Shown here in pieces: positions 44,914 through 59,790 of a DNA stretch of 64,000 nucleotides. The notes below the pieces were generated by a model, which was given only the letters and a program-made list of their open reading frames with translations, was not told the origin of the DNA and did not search any database. Position 1 is the stretch's first letter; the number at the start of each line of letters is the position of its first letter. The DNA is from Eledone cirrhosa (Eukaryota). The stretch is taken from the NCBI GenBank assembly GCA_964016885.1, contig OZ024743.1, positions 216,008,001 through 216,072,000 on the forward strand, read 5' to 3'. The translations under genes were made by a program, and so were the position numbers.

Positions 44914-46693
44914 CGATGTCGGACGTTGATTGTAACATCAACACTAACACAAACACCAATAACATGCAAAATATAAACAACACCAACCACAACAACAACA
45001 ACAATAATGACAACGAGAACAACAACAGCAACAATGATAACAACAACACCACCACCACCAACAACAACAATGATAACAACAACACCACCAACAACAGCAG
45101 CAACACGAACAACTCCACTAACAAGGAAAATATTTATTTTGCTCAAACCGTCCAAAAGACGGAACTGTTCACATACCTTGACATTTCCAATGCTAGGGAA
45201 ATGTTAAGCGATGCAAAACAGTACGTAACTTTTGGGAGAGAGTGGTGCTTTCAGCATCACTTCTCTTCAACAGTTACGCAGAGAAACTGTTCTAAAAACA
45301 GTAATTTTTAGGACGGTTTCAAATGTGTCGAAAAAACCAGTTCAGTTATCCCAAAACGATATTGAACTGGTTCTGAAGAATTCCATGAAGTATATTGCCT
45401 TCATCCAAAAAGGGAAACTTTTTGGAAGCATTCGGTGTTGTTGAAAGACCAATTGACAGCACAACAATATTCTGTATCGCCGATTATGTCCCCCCCATTA
45501 CACCTTTTTCCCCACATATATGGGAAAAAGAACTCAAAAAATAAAAATTTTGAACATTTCACCAAATGTAAACGTCTGGTGGATTCTAACTGGCTTCATC
45601 GATTTCGACTAAGACACCATCATTTCGGTGGGAAAGTCCTCCAGAGGCACATTCAATGGTACAGGCATGGAAGTTCTGCTCCAAATGAGGCCAGAACGGA
45701 TAGCTAAAATACCCCAACGTGTGCCTCTTGATGGAATTTCACACATAAACATTTCTGTTGAGGGTAGGCGGCTTTCATGTTATCACTGTTTAAGCAGTGG
45801 TCACCTGAAGGCTTACTGTTCCCAGTTAACTAAAAAAAAAGAGGCACTACTGCCAACACCCAAAACAACAACACAACCACCACCACCACCACGACGACCA
45901 CCACAACAACAACAACCACAACACGCAAACACAACCAAAACAAGAACAACAAACCAATCTGCAAGCACTGTCTCACCCAACGCCACTCCACCTAAAACCA
46001 TTGCAAAAACATCCACAAACACAACAGCTCCCCAAAACATACCCCTTCCAAATAACACAGACACCACAACGGACAAGGCCCCCACACCATCACCAAGTGA
46101 TGATGAGGGAGAGCCTCTCCGTTCGAAAAGAAAGAAGAAAAGAAACCACAAGAACAAAAAAAATAACAAACATCACTACACACATACAACCACAAACACA
46201 AACAACACAAACATTACAAACAAAAACCCCCGTCCCGAAAACAAACCACGACATCAGTCCAAACACAAACACCTACAACAAAACGAAAGCTCCCACAAGA
46301 ACAACAGACAAAACCACCGCAACACAACAAGAACATTACACATACATAAACAGTAAAAACAAAAATTTAATGGAGGTCATCTACAACGACTCTTCGGTGA
46401 AAACTGAAGGGAAAACTTTTTTGAACTGTGTAGACAAACCTAATTTAAAGATGATTAGGGTTCCTACGGACACCTATAACTCTTTAAAGGAAAACTTTCC
46501 TAAGGACGTGGGTAATCCTTGTGTTAAAGCCATTAACCGTGTCCTTTTAACATTTTCCCCACCCTCACCCCAGACACCCCCACCTCACCAAACATCTCCG
46601 ACCCACCCCCCGGAAACCACCACCCACCCAGACACCTCCTCTAACACCCCCATGGAAACCGTGCGGCCTGATCCCCGGGAGACGAAGAGGTGA
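44914..46693 (+). pseudogene. Tx1-like ORF1 (gag-like, CCHC knuckle), frameshifted
   Basis: Pieces 44541-45311, 45628-46356 and 46001-46693; homologous to 50794-52341. Confidence 0.75.
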
Positions 46694-46730
46694 GTGTTTT
46701 CTTCTCCTCTTTTAACTTTTCAGAAACAAC

Positions 46731-49700
46731 ATGGCCAATATAAGAGTTGGGTGTGTGGATGTACGCGGCATGGGGATGCCCTGGAAACAGGGCAAACTCC
46801 TAAACGACCTCAGGTCGCACAGTAGGGATGTAGTAGCCATTTTCGAATCCAGGATCCGCAGCGAGCGACAGCTGGACCCCACCTTCGATGACTTCGAGAT
46901 CTACGCATCTCTCTGTCAGCGGGGGGGGGGGGGGCGGTGCCGTTTTGCTGCGGAAACACCTGGGCCCCGTAACACAGACGGTACATCTGGACCCGGAGAG
47001 TCGACTGGTGGTCCTAGACGTTGACGGTAGTGAAGGTGGAGCCTTCAGGCTGGTGGCCGCATATGCCCCATCCGGGACACGCCGGCCAGATTTCTTCAAA
47101 CGTCTAGAGACTTTTCTGGGAACGTCCCGTCCCGCTCCTTGCTTTTAGTGGGGGACTGGAATGGAATCGTAGATGCACGTTGGGACTATGTGGGAGCATG
47201 TCCCGATAAAGGTGGGTGTAACATCCTCAAACAGATAATCGGCCGATTTGACCTGGCCGATACATAACGACTAGATTTTCCGACTGTGCCACTGAGTACG
47301 TGGACTAAAATCAGCGGAACATCTAGATCGTACCTAGATAGTGTTCTAGTTAGAAATAAGGATAGGGATATGTTAAGCTGTCCACAAATGTTCATGGTTG
47401 CCTATTCAGATCATAAACTAATCACCTGCATGGTCACCGTTGATAGAACCCATAGACAAGGACACGGCTACTGGAAGCTGAACTTGTCGTTACCGACATG
47501 CAAAGCCTACAGTAGACGGATTAGCACTTTAGTTAAACAACACTTGACAGGGGCCATTGTCAACAACAGATGGTCGTGCTCTCTCAAGAGGGCAGTTAGA
47601 TTAGACTCGTTAGTTTTTAGTAAAGAATTAGCGTTAGATAGAAATAGAACCGAGAAAGAACTGGTAGATAAAGTAGAAGAAGCAATTAGAAGTGGCAACG
47701 TAGCCAGCGTGCTAGCAACGAGAACGGCCTTGGACCAGTTCTTCGACGCAAAGCATGAGGGCTGCGTGGTCAGAAGCAAAATACGTGCTCTGGGAAACGA
47801 GGAAGCCAAAGCTGTTAGCTGGGCACAGGTGACGGAGGCAAAAAGTGGCAACAAATCCACGATTCGGTCTTTGAAGGACCAAAAGGGACGCGTGAACGTG
47901 AGCCGAAGCAGATGTGTGCGGCCTTTCAGCGGCACTTTGCTCAGCTGTTCGGGCAAGGCGGCGCGCCGCGAGGGGCTATGGATTTCTGTCCACACCTCGA
48001 CGGCCTACCCTGACTCTCGGACAGCGAGGCAAAGTTCTGCTAAAAGCCGATTTCAGCTGTTGAGATAGGGGACGCGTTGAGTCAATGCGCCAAACGCAAA
48101 TCTGCAGGTCTCGTCGGTCTACCCTACTAATTTTACGTAGCAATGCTGGAGTTATTCTCCGATCTCCTGGAAGCGGTCTACTGCAACTGGAACAGAACGG
48201 GAGAATTCCCAGTTCTGTGACCGGGGGCGTAGTCACACTAGTCAGGAAGGACGAGAATAAGGGGGATGACATAGGCAACTTCCGGTCAATAACTCTGCTA
48301 AACACAGAGTTCCAGATTTTGGCCAAGATGTTGGCAAAGAGGCTGGCGCTTGTCGTCGAGAACCTCGTGGCAGAAGCGCAGACATGCGCAATCCCGACTA
48401 GGTCCATACACGACAACCTCCACCTCATGCGATACATCATAGAGAGGGTAGGATGTAAACCCGGCTTCGGTGGGGCCCTGATCAACTTGGATCAGTCTAA
48501 GGCTTTCGATAGGGTTGATCATCGTTACCTGGATGCAGTGCTCGAGGCGGCAGGCTTCGGACCCGTGTTCAGGGGCTGGATTGCTGCAATACATAACAGC
48601 AACATCTGCTCAAGTGTTAAGGTGAACGGCTACCTCTCGGAGCCGTTCCATATCACGCGATCCATTCGACAGGGATGCCCTCTCTCCTCCCTTCTGTACG
48701 TATTGACTCTCGAGCCACTACTGCGGAAGTTGGAGCTATTTCAGGGCATCCCTCTTGAACTGGGACTGCGGAAAGCGGTGTCGGCCTACGCCGACGACGT
48801 GACAGTAATGGTGTCGAGCGCCTCGCAAATCGAGGAAGTCGGCACCTTACTGAAGGAATACGGAAGGTTCACAGGAGCGAAGCTGAACCGGAACAAGTCC
48901 GTCGGTTTGCAACTCGGATCGTGGAGAGGCAAACCGATGCCTTCCGATGGCATCGTCGGACGCTGGACGGAAGGACCAGTAAAGCTGCTCGGGGTCTGGT
49001 TTAGTCCGGACCACCAGGTGGAGAAAAACTGGAACGAGGTGTCGGCCAAGGTGTTTGCACTCACCCAGAAGTGGGCCTAGTGCAAACTATCCTTGAAAGT
49101 TGGAGCGGAGGTGGCGAACACTTTTATAGCGGCCGCCATCTACTACCGCTTGACCGTCGTGTCTTGTCCAGCGAAAACGCTCGCCAAAATGGAGCGCGCG
49201 CTCTTCTAATTCCTTTAGAAGAGGCGGGCTCCTTTGGTGAGAAGATCCATCTGCTGCCAACGCCCTTCCAACGGAGGGCTGGGGTTGCCGTGGCTGACGA
49301 TGCCCAAACACGCGCTCAGGCTGCGGCATCTCTACGTATTCCTCACCGGACAATCGGTGTGGGCCCCGTTCGTGAGGCGAGCCTTCCCCCGACTCGTCTC
49401 GCTGACCGAGCTGCAGTCCTGGGTCAAGCAGAGGCCGAGGAAAATGGGCGACTGGCACATCGAATGTGCTTAGGCGCTCACAACCTTCTGGCAGGCGGAC
49501 CCAGCGATCAGTGGAGACACAACTTCGTCATTCTATAGACGGTTGATCCGCATCTAGTGCGACGACGTGCTCCGTGAAACTCTGGGCGTAGAGGAAGACG
49601 AACTGGCCAGTCTGTTCGGTAGGACCTTGTGCCCGGGACCGATGGAAAACTTCCAAAAGTCCTTGGCCTGGCAGTGCTACCGAGGAGCTCTACCAGTTCG

Positions 49701-50160
49701 AGACAAGCTCTACAGACATGGGCGCCCGGGCAGGGACCCTGCAAAAAAGATATGCCCAAGGTGCGTGCGAGACGAACAAACCGTCGCGCACACATTCATA
49801 CACTGCCCGGGCGTCACCGACCTGTGGGGCTATGTGGAACGACTATTGTCGTGGGTGGGGCCAATCCAGTTGACCACCGAGTCCATTGGCATGATGAAAC
49901 CACCACTCTCCTTCAAAAACGAAGGAGAGGCGGTTTTCCTTTGTGTGATAGCTATTGCGAAAGAGGTTGTATGGTGGACAAGGTTGAGAGGGCTGGGGTT
50001 AGACACTTTTCTCTCCGGCCAACAACTGATTCTTTTTTTCAAATACCACTTTGGAAGAAGAATCAGGATGGAGAGAGAGGTGATGTACCCCAGCAAGTTT
50101 TATGAAAAGTGGGTGAAAGTGGCGAGAATGGCCTTCTCTCTATATCAGCCTGTAGGTTGA
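46731..50160 (+). pseudogene. Tx1-like ORF2 (APE-RT-zf), multiple stops and frameshifts
   Basis: Pieces 46731, 47286, 48085, 49234 and 49567 in the ORF track. Confidence 0.9.
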
Positions 50161-50424
50161 GGAAAAAGAGGAGGAGAGGAAAGGAGTACAAACTCTTCGT
50201 ACTCCTGGAGATGAGGGTTGCACATTTTTTTTCGGTGGTATGTGTTACCCATATGTAATGTCTCCCCCTATTGGGGAAAATCGATTAATTTTTAATTTGT
50301 ATTTGTGATAATATTTTACATGTTTTTATTGTATGTAAACTTCCCCCTTTGTATTTGTCCCCTTATTTTGTGCCCCTGTGGATAATAAAGAAACATATCT
50401 ATATCTATCTATCTATCTATCTCT

Positions 50425-50796
50425 GTCTGAGATAGAGGAAGTAGTGTACTCATAAAAAACAAAAATTATTGTTTTAAAAAATATACCACTGTATAGATTG
50501 ACCCTCTGACTACACTGTCAGTGGCTGGATTTGAAAAATTCGTCCCCCAGGGGCGAAAACTTAATTTTCATAAACATTTATAACAATTTGTTTTAAGTAT
50601 GAATGATAAAATTGAAGCGCTTCCCGCCATAAGTTGAAATGGGAGCGTTGAAATGAATGTCACTATGGCAACAGGTAGTGACCGTGATAAATCACACCAA
50701 AACAAAAGTATGGAAACACATACGGCACAAAAAATATTGAACAAGAAAAAAACACAACTTCACAAATGAACTCCACAACCACAAATCAACCAATTG

Positions 50797-50827
<31 letters not shown>

Positions 50828-53800
50828 TGACAACAACAACAGCAACCATAACAAATATAAGCAAAGGAACTTTTACAAATATGGACATTTCCAATGGGAA
50901 GGAAATGATCAATGAAGGAAAAAAATATATTACTTTCGAGGAAAAAGGAGAATTTAAAATAACCTCTCCGCCACAAATCAAAGCCGACGCTATGCGAAGG
51001 ACTGTGATTCATCGCACGATTTTGAACAAACAAAAAATACCGGCTTTCCTTCCTCAAGGCGAAATTGAAATCGTCTTGAAAGAGGCAATGCCGGGAATAC
51101 AATACATACAAAGGGCTAAACTGTATGGAAGCATTTCCGTGCTCTTCAAAAGTGAGGCCCTTGCGAAAAAATACCTTTCCGCACACACCTTTTTTTCCTA
51201 CATACATGGGAAAACGAACACATAGAATAAACATCACCAATATACCACCCATCATTAACATGTGATGGATTCTGGTATGGTTCTTGGAGGAAGATGAAGA
51301 GACAATACTGTCGATTCAAAAACCCACAAGAAACACTTGGAACGGCACAAGCTTGGAAATTTTGGTCCAAATGAAACCGGACAGAATTTCCAAGATACCA
51401 GAAAGGGTGCCAGTAGACAATACCAATAACATCCAGATTTCGGCAGACCGAGGGAGGCTACATTGTTTTAAATGCGCGAGCACATCGCATTTCAGGCCTT
51501 CTGTCCCCTCTTACGAACAAACACCACCACCCCCCAAAAAGCACTTTTACCAACACCAACTCCCAAACCACAACAACAACAACACACAAAACAAGCAAAC
51601 ACACACAAACAAACAACTGTTCAACCACAAACAACAGAAAAAACAAACAATTCCCCTGAAAAACACAGTCCCACCCCATCCCACTCCATCCAACACTACC
51701 ACAATCACACACACAAACACACCATCACCACACAACATACCCCTCCCACACACCCCTGATGACGATTCATCACCAGACGAGGCTACTTCTTCATCCCCAA
51801 GTGAAGATGAAGGAGAGCCTCGTAAATAAAAAAAAAGAGACACCACAAAGCCACAAAAACAACAATCACGAACACAAACACACAACCACCAACACAAATA
51901 ACAACACAAACACCACCACAATCAACCCCGCCCCTACCAACAAAACAAGCGCCCAACACCACCCCAAACACAAATGCCCACCATAAAAAGAAAAGTACAA
52001 AATGAACAACAAAGCAAAACAACACAACGAAAAAGCAAACGACAATACACATACATTAACACAAACAACAACAACCTAATGGAGGTCATCTCCCAAAACC
52101 CCAAAGTAGAAACTGAGGAGAAAACTCTTGTAAAAGCAAACTCTCAACCATACCTAAAACTTATAAGTGTTTCGATAGAGACCTATCAGACATTGAAAGA
52201 AAAATGTTCATAGGACGTTGGCAACCCCTGCCAAAAACCAATAAACCGTGTCCTGTTGAAATGTTTCCCCACCCCACTCAACACCCCCACCAGGACTGAA
52301 ATTGAGATTGATCAACCCGATCTCCAGGAAACGAAAAAGTAAGTGCACCTTTTCGTCCTTTTTGCCAACGCTTCCACCAACATGGCTGACTTACAGGATG
52401 CCCTGGAAACAGGGCCAACTTTTAAACGACCTTAGGTCAAAGGTATAAATGTAATTGCTATCACTGAATCCAGGATCTACAACAGGCAGCAACTAATCCC
52501 CATCTTCAATGACTTTGAGATCTACGCATCTCTCTGTCAGCCGGGAGGTGGAGGGGTATTGACTGTCATGTTTCGGAAAAACCTAGATCGCCAAGTACAG
52601 CAAGTACGCTTGGAAACGGAGGGTACAACTGGTGGTCCTAGACGTGAACAGTATTGGAGGTGGATCCTTCAGACTGGTAGCCGTCTATGCTCCGACCGTG
52701 CAATCACAATCGCGGCCAGACTTCTTTAAGCGTCTAGAGTCTTTTCTGGGAACGCCTCGCTCCTTGCTTTTAGTGGGGGACTGGAATGGTATCCTAGATG
52801 TACGATAGGACTATGTGGGAGCATGTCCCAGTAGAGCGGGGTGAAACAGCCTCAAAAATCTAATCGGCCAATTCCAACTGGCCGATAGATATCGACTAGA
52901 TTTCCCGACTGCACCACAGTGGACGTGAGCATACCGCAGCGGAACATCTAGATCGTATATAGATAGGTTTTTCATTAGACAAAAGAACAAGAAGATGTTA
53001 AGCTGTCCACAAATGCACATGTTTGCCTATTCAGACACAAACTAGTTATCTGCATAGTCAACCGTGTCTAGAATACACAGACAAGGACCCGGATACTGGA
53101 AGCTGAACGTGTCGTTTCCGGCACGAAAAGCCTACAGTGAACGGATAAGTAGATTAATTAAGCAAGAGTTGACGGGAGCCATCGTCAACAATAGATGGTG
53201 GTACTCTCTCAAAAGAGCAATTAGAGTAGAATCGATAGGGTTTAGCAGTGAATTAGCTTTAGAGAAAAACAAATCAGAATCAGAACAAGTAGCCAAAGTA
53301 GAAGAGGCGCTTAGGAGTGGCAACGCAGCTAGGGTGCTAGAATCGAGAAGGGCACTGGACTAGTTCTTCGACGTGAAACACGAAGGCTGCGTGGTCAGTA
53401 GTAAATCACGTGCTCTAGGAAACGAGGGAGCAAAAGCTGTAAGCTGGGTCCGAGTGGCGGAAGCGAAAAGTAGCAACAAGCCCACGATTCGGTCTTCGAA
53501 AGACCAAAACCGACGCGTGCTACTTGACCCCAGGCAGATGTGCGAGGCCATTCAGTGGAACTTTGCTCGACTGTTTGAGCAGAACGGGGCAATGGACTTT
53601 GGTTCATACCTCGACGGCCTGCCGCGTCTCTCGAGCATGGACGCTGAGTTCTGCGAAAGACTGATCACAGCCACTGAGATAGCGGACGCTCTGGGCCGCT
53701 GCGAGAAACGCAAATCACCCGGTCTAGATGGTCTACCCTATGACATTTACATAGGGATGACGGACTTGTTCTCTGGCGTCCTCCGAGCTGTCTACTGCAA

Positions 53801-55990
53801 TTGGCAGCAGAACGGGACAATTCCCAGCTCTGTAGGCAAGGGCGTAGTAACGCTGATCAGGAAAGACGAGAACAAGGGGAACGAAATAAACAATATCTGG
53901 CCCATGAGTCTGCTCAACACAGAGTTAAAGATTTTGCCCAACGTGCTATCAACGAGGCTGGTGCTTGTCGTCGAAAACCTGGTAGGGAAAGCGCAAACGT
54001 GTACAATCCAGACCAGGTCCATACATGACAACCTCCACCTCATGCGATATATCAGAGAGAGGGTGGGTTATAAACCCGGCTCGGTGGGGCTCTGATCAAT
54101 TTAGATCAGTCTAAGGCATTCGATAGGGTCGACCATTGATACTTGGAAGCGGTTCTTAAGGCGGCCGGTTTCGGTCCCGTTTTCAGAGGCTGGTTCAAGG
54201 TGATGCACACCAGCATCTGCTCGAAAGTCAAGGTGAACGGCTACCTATCGGAGCCGTTCGCAATCACGCGTTCCATTCGACAGGTATGCCCTTTATCCTC
54301 CATTCTGTACGTATTGACTCTAGAGCCACTACTGCGGAAGTTGGAGCTTTTGCAGGACATCCCTTTAGAACCGGGACTGCGAAAAGCGGCGTCAAATTAA
54401 GCCGACGACGTGACTGTAATGGTGTCGAAAACCTCGGAAATCGAAGTAATCGGCAACCTACTACAGGAATACGAAAGGTTAACAGGAGCAAAACTGAACC
54501 CGGACAAGTCTATCGGTTTGCAACTCGGAAAGTGTAGAGCCAAACCGATACCGTCCAACAGCGTTGTCGGACGCTGGACGGAAGGACCGGTAAAATTGCT
54601 CGGGGTCTGGTTCGGTCCAAATCTCCAGGTGGAGAAAAACTAGAACGATGTCATGGCCTAGTTATTTGCGCTCATCCAGACGTGGGCAGAGTGCAAACTG
54701 TCTTTGGAAGGTGGAGCGGAAGTGGCGAACACTTTCATACCGTCCGTCATCCCCGTGTATACCTCACCAAGATGGAACGCCTTCTCTTCTAGTTCCTGTG
54801 GAAGAAGTAGGCTGCACTGGTGAGAAGATCCGTCATCTGTCAACACCCTTCCAACGGATGGCTGGAAATGCCATGGCTAATGTTGCGCAAACATGCGCTG
54901 AGGCTACGGCATTTTCAGGTATTCCTCACAGACCAAGCGGTGTGGGCACCGTTTGTGAGAGAGGCCTTCCTACAACTTGTCTCGCTGACGGAGCTGCAGT
55001 CCTGGGTCAAGCGAATACCGAAGAAGATGGGTGCCTGGCACATTGAATGCGCCAAGGCGCTCACAGTCGTCTGTCAAGCGGGCACAGCAATCAGTGGAGA
55101 CTCCACTTCGACATTATATAAAGGGTTAGTACCTTACAAGTGCGACGACGTGCTCGGGGAGACTCTAGGCGTCGAAGACGACGAGCTCACCAGTCTGTTC
55201 GGTATATCTTTCCACCCGGGACCTCTGGACCACATCCAGAGGTCCCTGGCCTGGCAGTGCTGCCGAGGAGCTCTACTCGTTCGAGATAAGATCTACAGGC
55301 ACGGACGCCCCGGCAGGGATCCTTCCAAGAGGACGTGTCCAAGATGCGAGCAGTACATTGAAACCGTCTTGCACGCAATTGTACACTGCCAGGGCGTAAG
55401 CGAACTGTGGAACTATGCAGAACAACTGCTGTCGCGTATGGAACAAATCCAGTTGACTGCCGAGTCCATAGTAAGGATCAAAAGGCCAGCCTCTTTCAAA
55501 AACGAAAGAGAGGCGGTTTTCTCTGTACAGTGGCTATGGTGAAAGAGGTTATATGGTGAATGAGATTGAGAGGACTGAGGACAGATGCCTTTCTCTCCGG
55601 ACAACAATTGATTCCTTTCTTTAAGTATCACTTTAGAAGAAGAATCAGAGTGGAGAGAGAGGCACTGCTCCCCAATAAATTTACTGAAAGGTGGGTAAAT
55701 GAGGCGAAAATGGCCGAGAGTGATTGGGCATTCTCTGTTTATAAGCCTGTAGGTTAAAGAAGAGAGCAACAGGAGGAAAGAAGCACTTGCACAACACGCT
55801 CCTTAAGTTGAGAGTTGTTCTATCGACGGGGTATTAAACAACCCATCTGTGGGGTCTCTCCTCTATTGGGGATTTCGATTGTTATAATTGTGTGTTTGTT
55901 TTATATTTTTTTTTACACGATAATGTAAAATCCTTGGCACGTGTCTTTGTATTGTCCCCTTTTCTTGCGCGCCATTGTAGCAAATAAAGA
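50425..55990 (+). mobile_element. Tx1/L1-type LINE, near full length, degenerate, distinct subfamily (copy B)
   Basis: ORF1 CFKCASTSHF; ORF2 52382-55757 is collinear with copy A; 3' end aataaaga into (TA/TATC)n. Confidence 0.9.
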
Positions 55991-56489
55991 TATATATCTA
56001 TATATCTACTATCTATATGTCTATCTATCTACGTATCTATATATATACGTATCTATATATCTGCACCTCTCTATATTTCTTCCATGTACTGGGCCTTTTT
56101 TTTTTTTTTCTTTTTTTACCTTTCACATACATATCTATTATGAAACTAATGATTTGGTTCAATCACCAATAATCAATCTTAATCATAAGAACCATCAAGA
56201 CCAGAGAACATCATTCATAAGTAATTGTTTAACATTAATCATACCCATCATCAGTTGTTAAACGGAGGTATCTACGATTGTGGTGTATTCTGAAAGAGTT
56301 AGTCCCTGCAGCTTTGACGCTGCGAAGGAATATCGATGTTTTATGGTTCATAATGTGTCCAGTTAACCTTGAATTCCATCATAACATTATTATAATAATG
56401 TCATTGATTACAGCACATTCTGCTAGCCAGCGGTTTAGTCTTTTCTAGCAGTGCTTCATTTTCCATTCAAAACATTTTTCCATAATCAT

Positions 56490-56680
56490 AATTGTTTCTA
56501 CTTTAGGCACAAGGCCAGCAATTACCCAGTGCATTACTGGTACTTTATTTTATCGACCCCGTAAGGATGAAAGGCAAAGTCAACCTCGGCGGGATTTGAA
56601 CTCAGATCGTAAAGGGACGTAACTATGCTGGAAAGCATGGCGTCCGACCCTCCACCGATACTGACAATCCACCCCCCTTG
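56490..56680 (-). mobile_element. tRNA-derived SINE with Meta-domain-like core
   Basis: Same family as 24795-24985. Confidence 0.85.
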
Positions 56681-57041
56681 CCATAATCATAATGAAGCAT
56701 ATTGAAGGTTCTATATTGAACCACAGCTGCATCCACTTAACGAACTTCAATAGCAGCCAAATAGAATATAGCGGATTGGGCCTGGAAGCTGCATCTCATC
56801 TCAAGTAGAAGCAATGTACACTTTGATTCTAGAAAATCACACAATCCCTTTAGTTCTTTATAGTATATGAATTTGACGTATGAATTATATTATTTAGCTA
56901 TTGTTATTATAAAAAATCGTATTTATGTCTTGTGCTGTTTCTGCCAGAGAACTTAATTATTTTCATTTCAATGAAGTGTAGAATTTGCTGTGCACACAAA
57001 CACACACACAAACAGCCAGACCGACAGATACACACACACAT

Positions 57042-57109
<68 letters not shown>

Positions 57110-57110
57110 G

Positions 57111-57149
<39 letters not shown>

Positions 57150-57152
57150 GTA

Positions 57153-57226
<74 letters not shown>

Positions 57227-57300
57227 TATATACATATATATATTTATATATATATATATATTCATATATATATATATATGTATGTACGTATATATGTAGG

Positions 57301-57376
<76 letters not shown>

Positions 57377-57455
57377 TACATATATTTATGTGTATACGTA
57401 TATATATATATATATGTGTATACGTGTATATATATATACACGCTATATATATATA

Positions 57456-57736
57456 GTTAAGAGAGTGAGACTGGCTTTGGGCAGTGCCTTTGCTCACTAT
57501 AAAAGCTTCACGGCACAGGCATTGCTTTATATCTGGAGATCTCTCTGCACTTGTCGTCACATGGTACGATGGGCCCAGCACTATGTGTCAATAATTGTCA
57601 CAAGTGTAGTGTTTGTACCAGAGTTTTCAAGTCGCTGGCTGGACTAAAAAGTTACACTTGTTCAGCGCATCGGTAAGGGTTCTCCTACATGGATTTAAAG
57701 TAGTGGCCGTACTCGAAAACGAGTTGGCAGCCACCA
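57456..57736 (+). mobile_element. Bipartite RTE-type element, copy 4 (5'-truncated)
   Basis: Matches 14383-14660. Confidence 0.75.
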
Positions 57737-57765
57737 TGTGTATACTTATATATATACGTATATAC

Positions 57766-57825
<60 letters not shown>

Positions 57826-57830
<5 letters not shown>

Positions 57831-58480
57831 ATGTTGAAAAGGTAACACACCAGAGAGAGATATACAATGCGTTATCAATAAAACAGGGAAACAAACCACC
57901 AGTATATGGAATCTATGACCTATGAAAGGCAGATTATAGACACGATAATTGAAAATATAAAGTAAAGCGTAAATAAATACCTCTATAAATATATAACACA
58001 CGTACACATCCAAAGATATGTTTCACCAATAATTTGTTGAAAGAAATGGGTTAGTCTCGGTTCATCAGCGTGTGTAAGGCTATACATTTCAGACAACACT
58101 TAGAGAATTTTAAAATTGACTGTCCAGCTACACGTGGGAGAGAGAAGTCACAGGGTGTTTAAGGGCAGTGAACCAGTGGCCTCTGAGGGATGAATTGCTA
58201 GAAAGGGCAGCCCAAAGCCACCCAGAGAAGTGTGCTCAACCAAACAGAGATGGAAAGACTGTTATTAGGAGCGAAATATCACAATAAATTAACGGAGGCA
58301 TAGGCCCTCGCTATTCCCTGTAAATAATGTGCTCAAAGGAGAAGAAATCCAGAGCTCTTTAAAATACAATATGTTGAAAAGGTAACACACCAGAGAGAGA
58401 GATATACAGTGCGTTATCAATAATACAGAATAGCGAGGGAATAGCGAGGGCCTATGCCTCCGTTAATTTGTCGTGATATA
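57826..58480 (-). mobile_element. Non-coding PLE pLTR-like element with a partial tandem repeat (58363-58428) and a short inversion (58440-58480)
   Basis: caatatgttgaaaaggtaacacaccagagagaga is repeated; HHR inside. Confidence 0.75.
57996..58075 (-). ncRNA. Hammerhead ribozyme, canonical core, three stable helices, GUA triplet
   Basis: Minus strand: acacacg-CTGATGA-accga...ttggt-GAAACATATC-tttg-GATGTGTA-cgtgtgt. Confidence 0.85.
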
Positions 58481-58988
58481 TATATATATATGTGTGTGTG
58501 AGGGGGGGGGGGGGTCCGTGTGTGTGTGTGTCATCCTTATGAATATTTTGTTTTGCATGAATGGATATGTATTTTCAGTCCTCTCATTATGCATTTTTTT
58601 TTTACGCTTTGTGAGGCAAATTATACAATGACTGATATTCTTTACTTCTACAATGCGGTTCTTGATTTAATAAGATATAACGAAATGTATTGCTTGGTTA
58701 GCTATAATAGAATTGGAAACCGACATAATTATAAATATTTAATAGTTGAAAAAATGATCAACAATAGATAAAACAAATAAATATTGATTGAAGAATCAAA
58801 CAATAATTTAATCTACAGAAAATCGAAAATTAATAAATGTGATGATTGGATGTCAGGACAAAGGAAAATATATATACTTTAAAATTCGTCGCTATTAGTT
58901 ACAATATAAATAAAGATTATAGGCGCTAAAAATATATGAATAGTAAAAATGAAATCAACCAATGTGAATCACAGACACTATGTCACAC

Positions 58989-59086
<98 letters not shown>

Positions 59087-59154
59087 GTGAGGTATTTTTA
59101 CAAAATGAAATCTAACCGTGGTGTCCTACACGAGGGAAAGTATAGAAAACAAAA

Positions 59155-59423
59155 AGATGAAATCGAAAATGCAACTGGAGTCTTATTTTAAAAAATATAT
59201 ATATATTTATTAGGTTCCTTTACCGATTTCGCAGTTCTTCTACTTTTCAAAAGTAGAGTTTAGATGGAGAGCCTGTGCTTTTTCTCACTGTGAGAAAAAG
59301 CACAGACCCTCCATCTCAACTCTACTTTTGAGAAGCAGAAGAACTGCGAAACCGATAAAGGAACCAAATATATATATATATATATTTTAAAATAAGACTC
59401 CAGTTGCATTTTCGATTTCATCT
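59155..59423. repeat. Near-perfect ~270-bp palindrome carrying a minimal U3-A8 hammerhead in each arm (59218-59253 minus; 59325-59360 plus)
   Basis: Centre ctcac-t-gtgag; arm consensus ctt-TTGA(A/G)AAG-cag-aagaa-ctg-CGAAAC-cg-GTA-aag. Confidence 0.7.
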
Positions 59424-59455
59424 GTTTCTCTCTCTCTATCTATCTATATATCGCT

Positions 59456-59790
<335 letters not shown>

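Larger units (their letters stand above)
44638..50393 (+). mobile_element. Tx1/L1-type LINE, near full length, degenerate (copy A)
   Basis: ORF1 zinc knuckle CYHCLSSGHLKAYC. ORF2 has APE endonuclease (GDWN, YLD, SDH), RT (NFRSITLLN, LDQSKAFDRV, RQGCPLS, YADD) and C-terminal CxxC...H...C. The 3' end is aataaagaaa. Confidence 0.92.
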
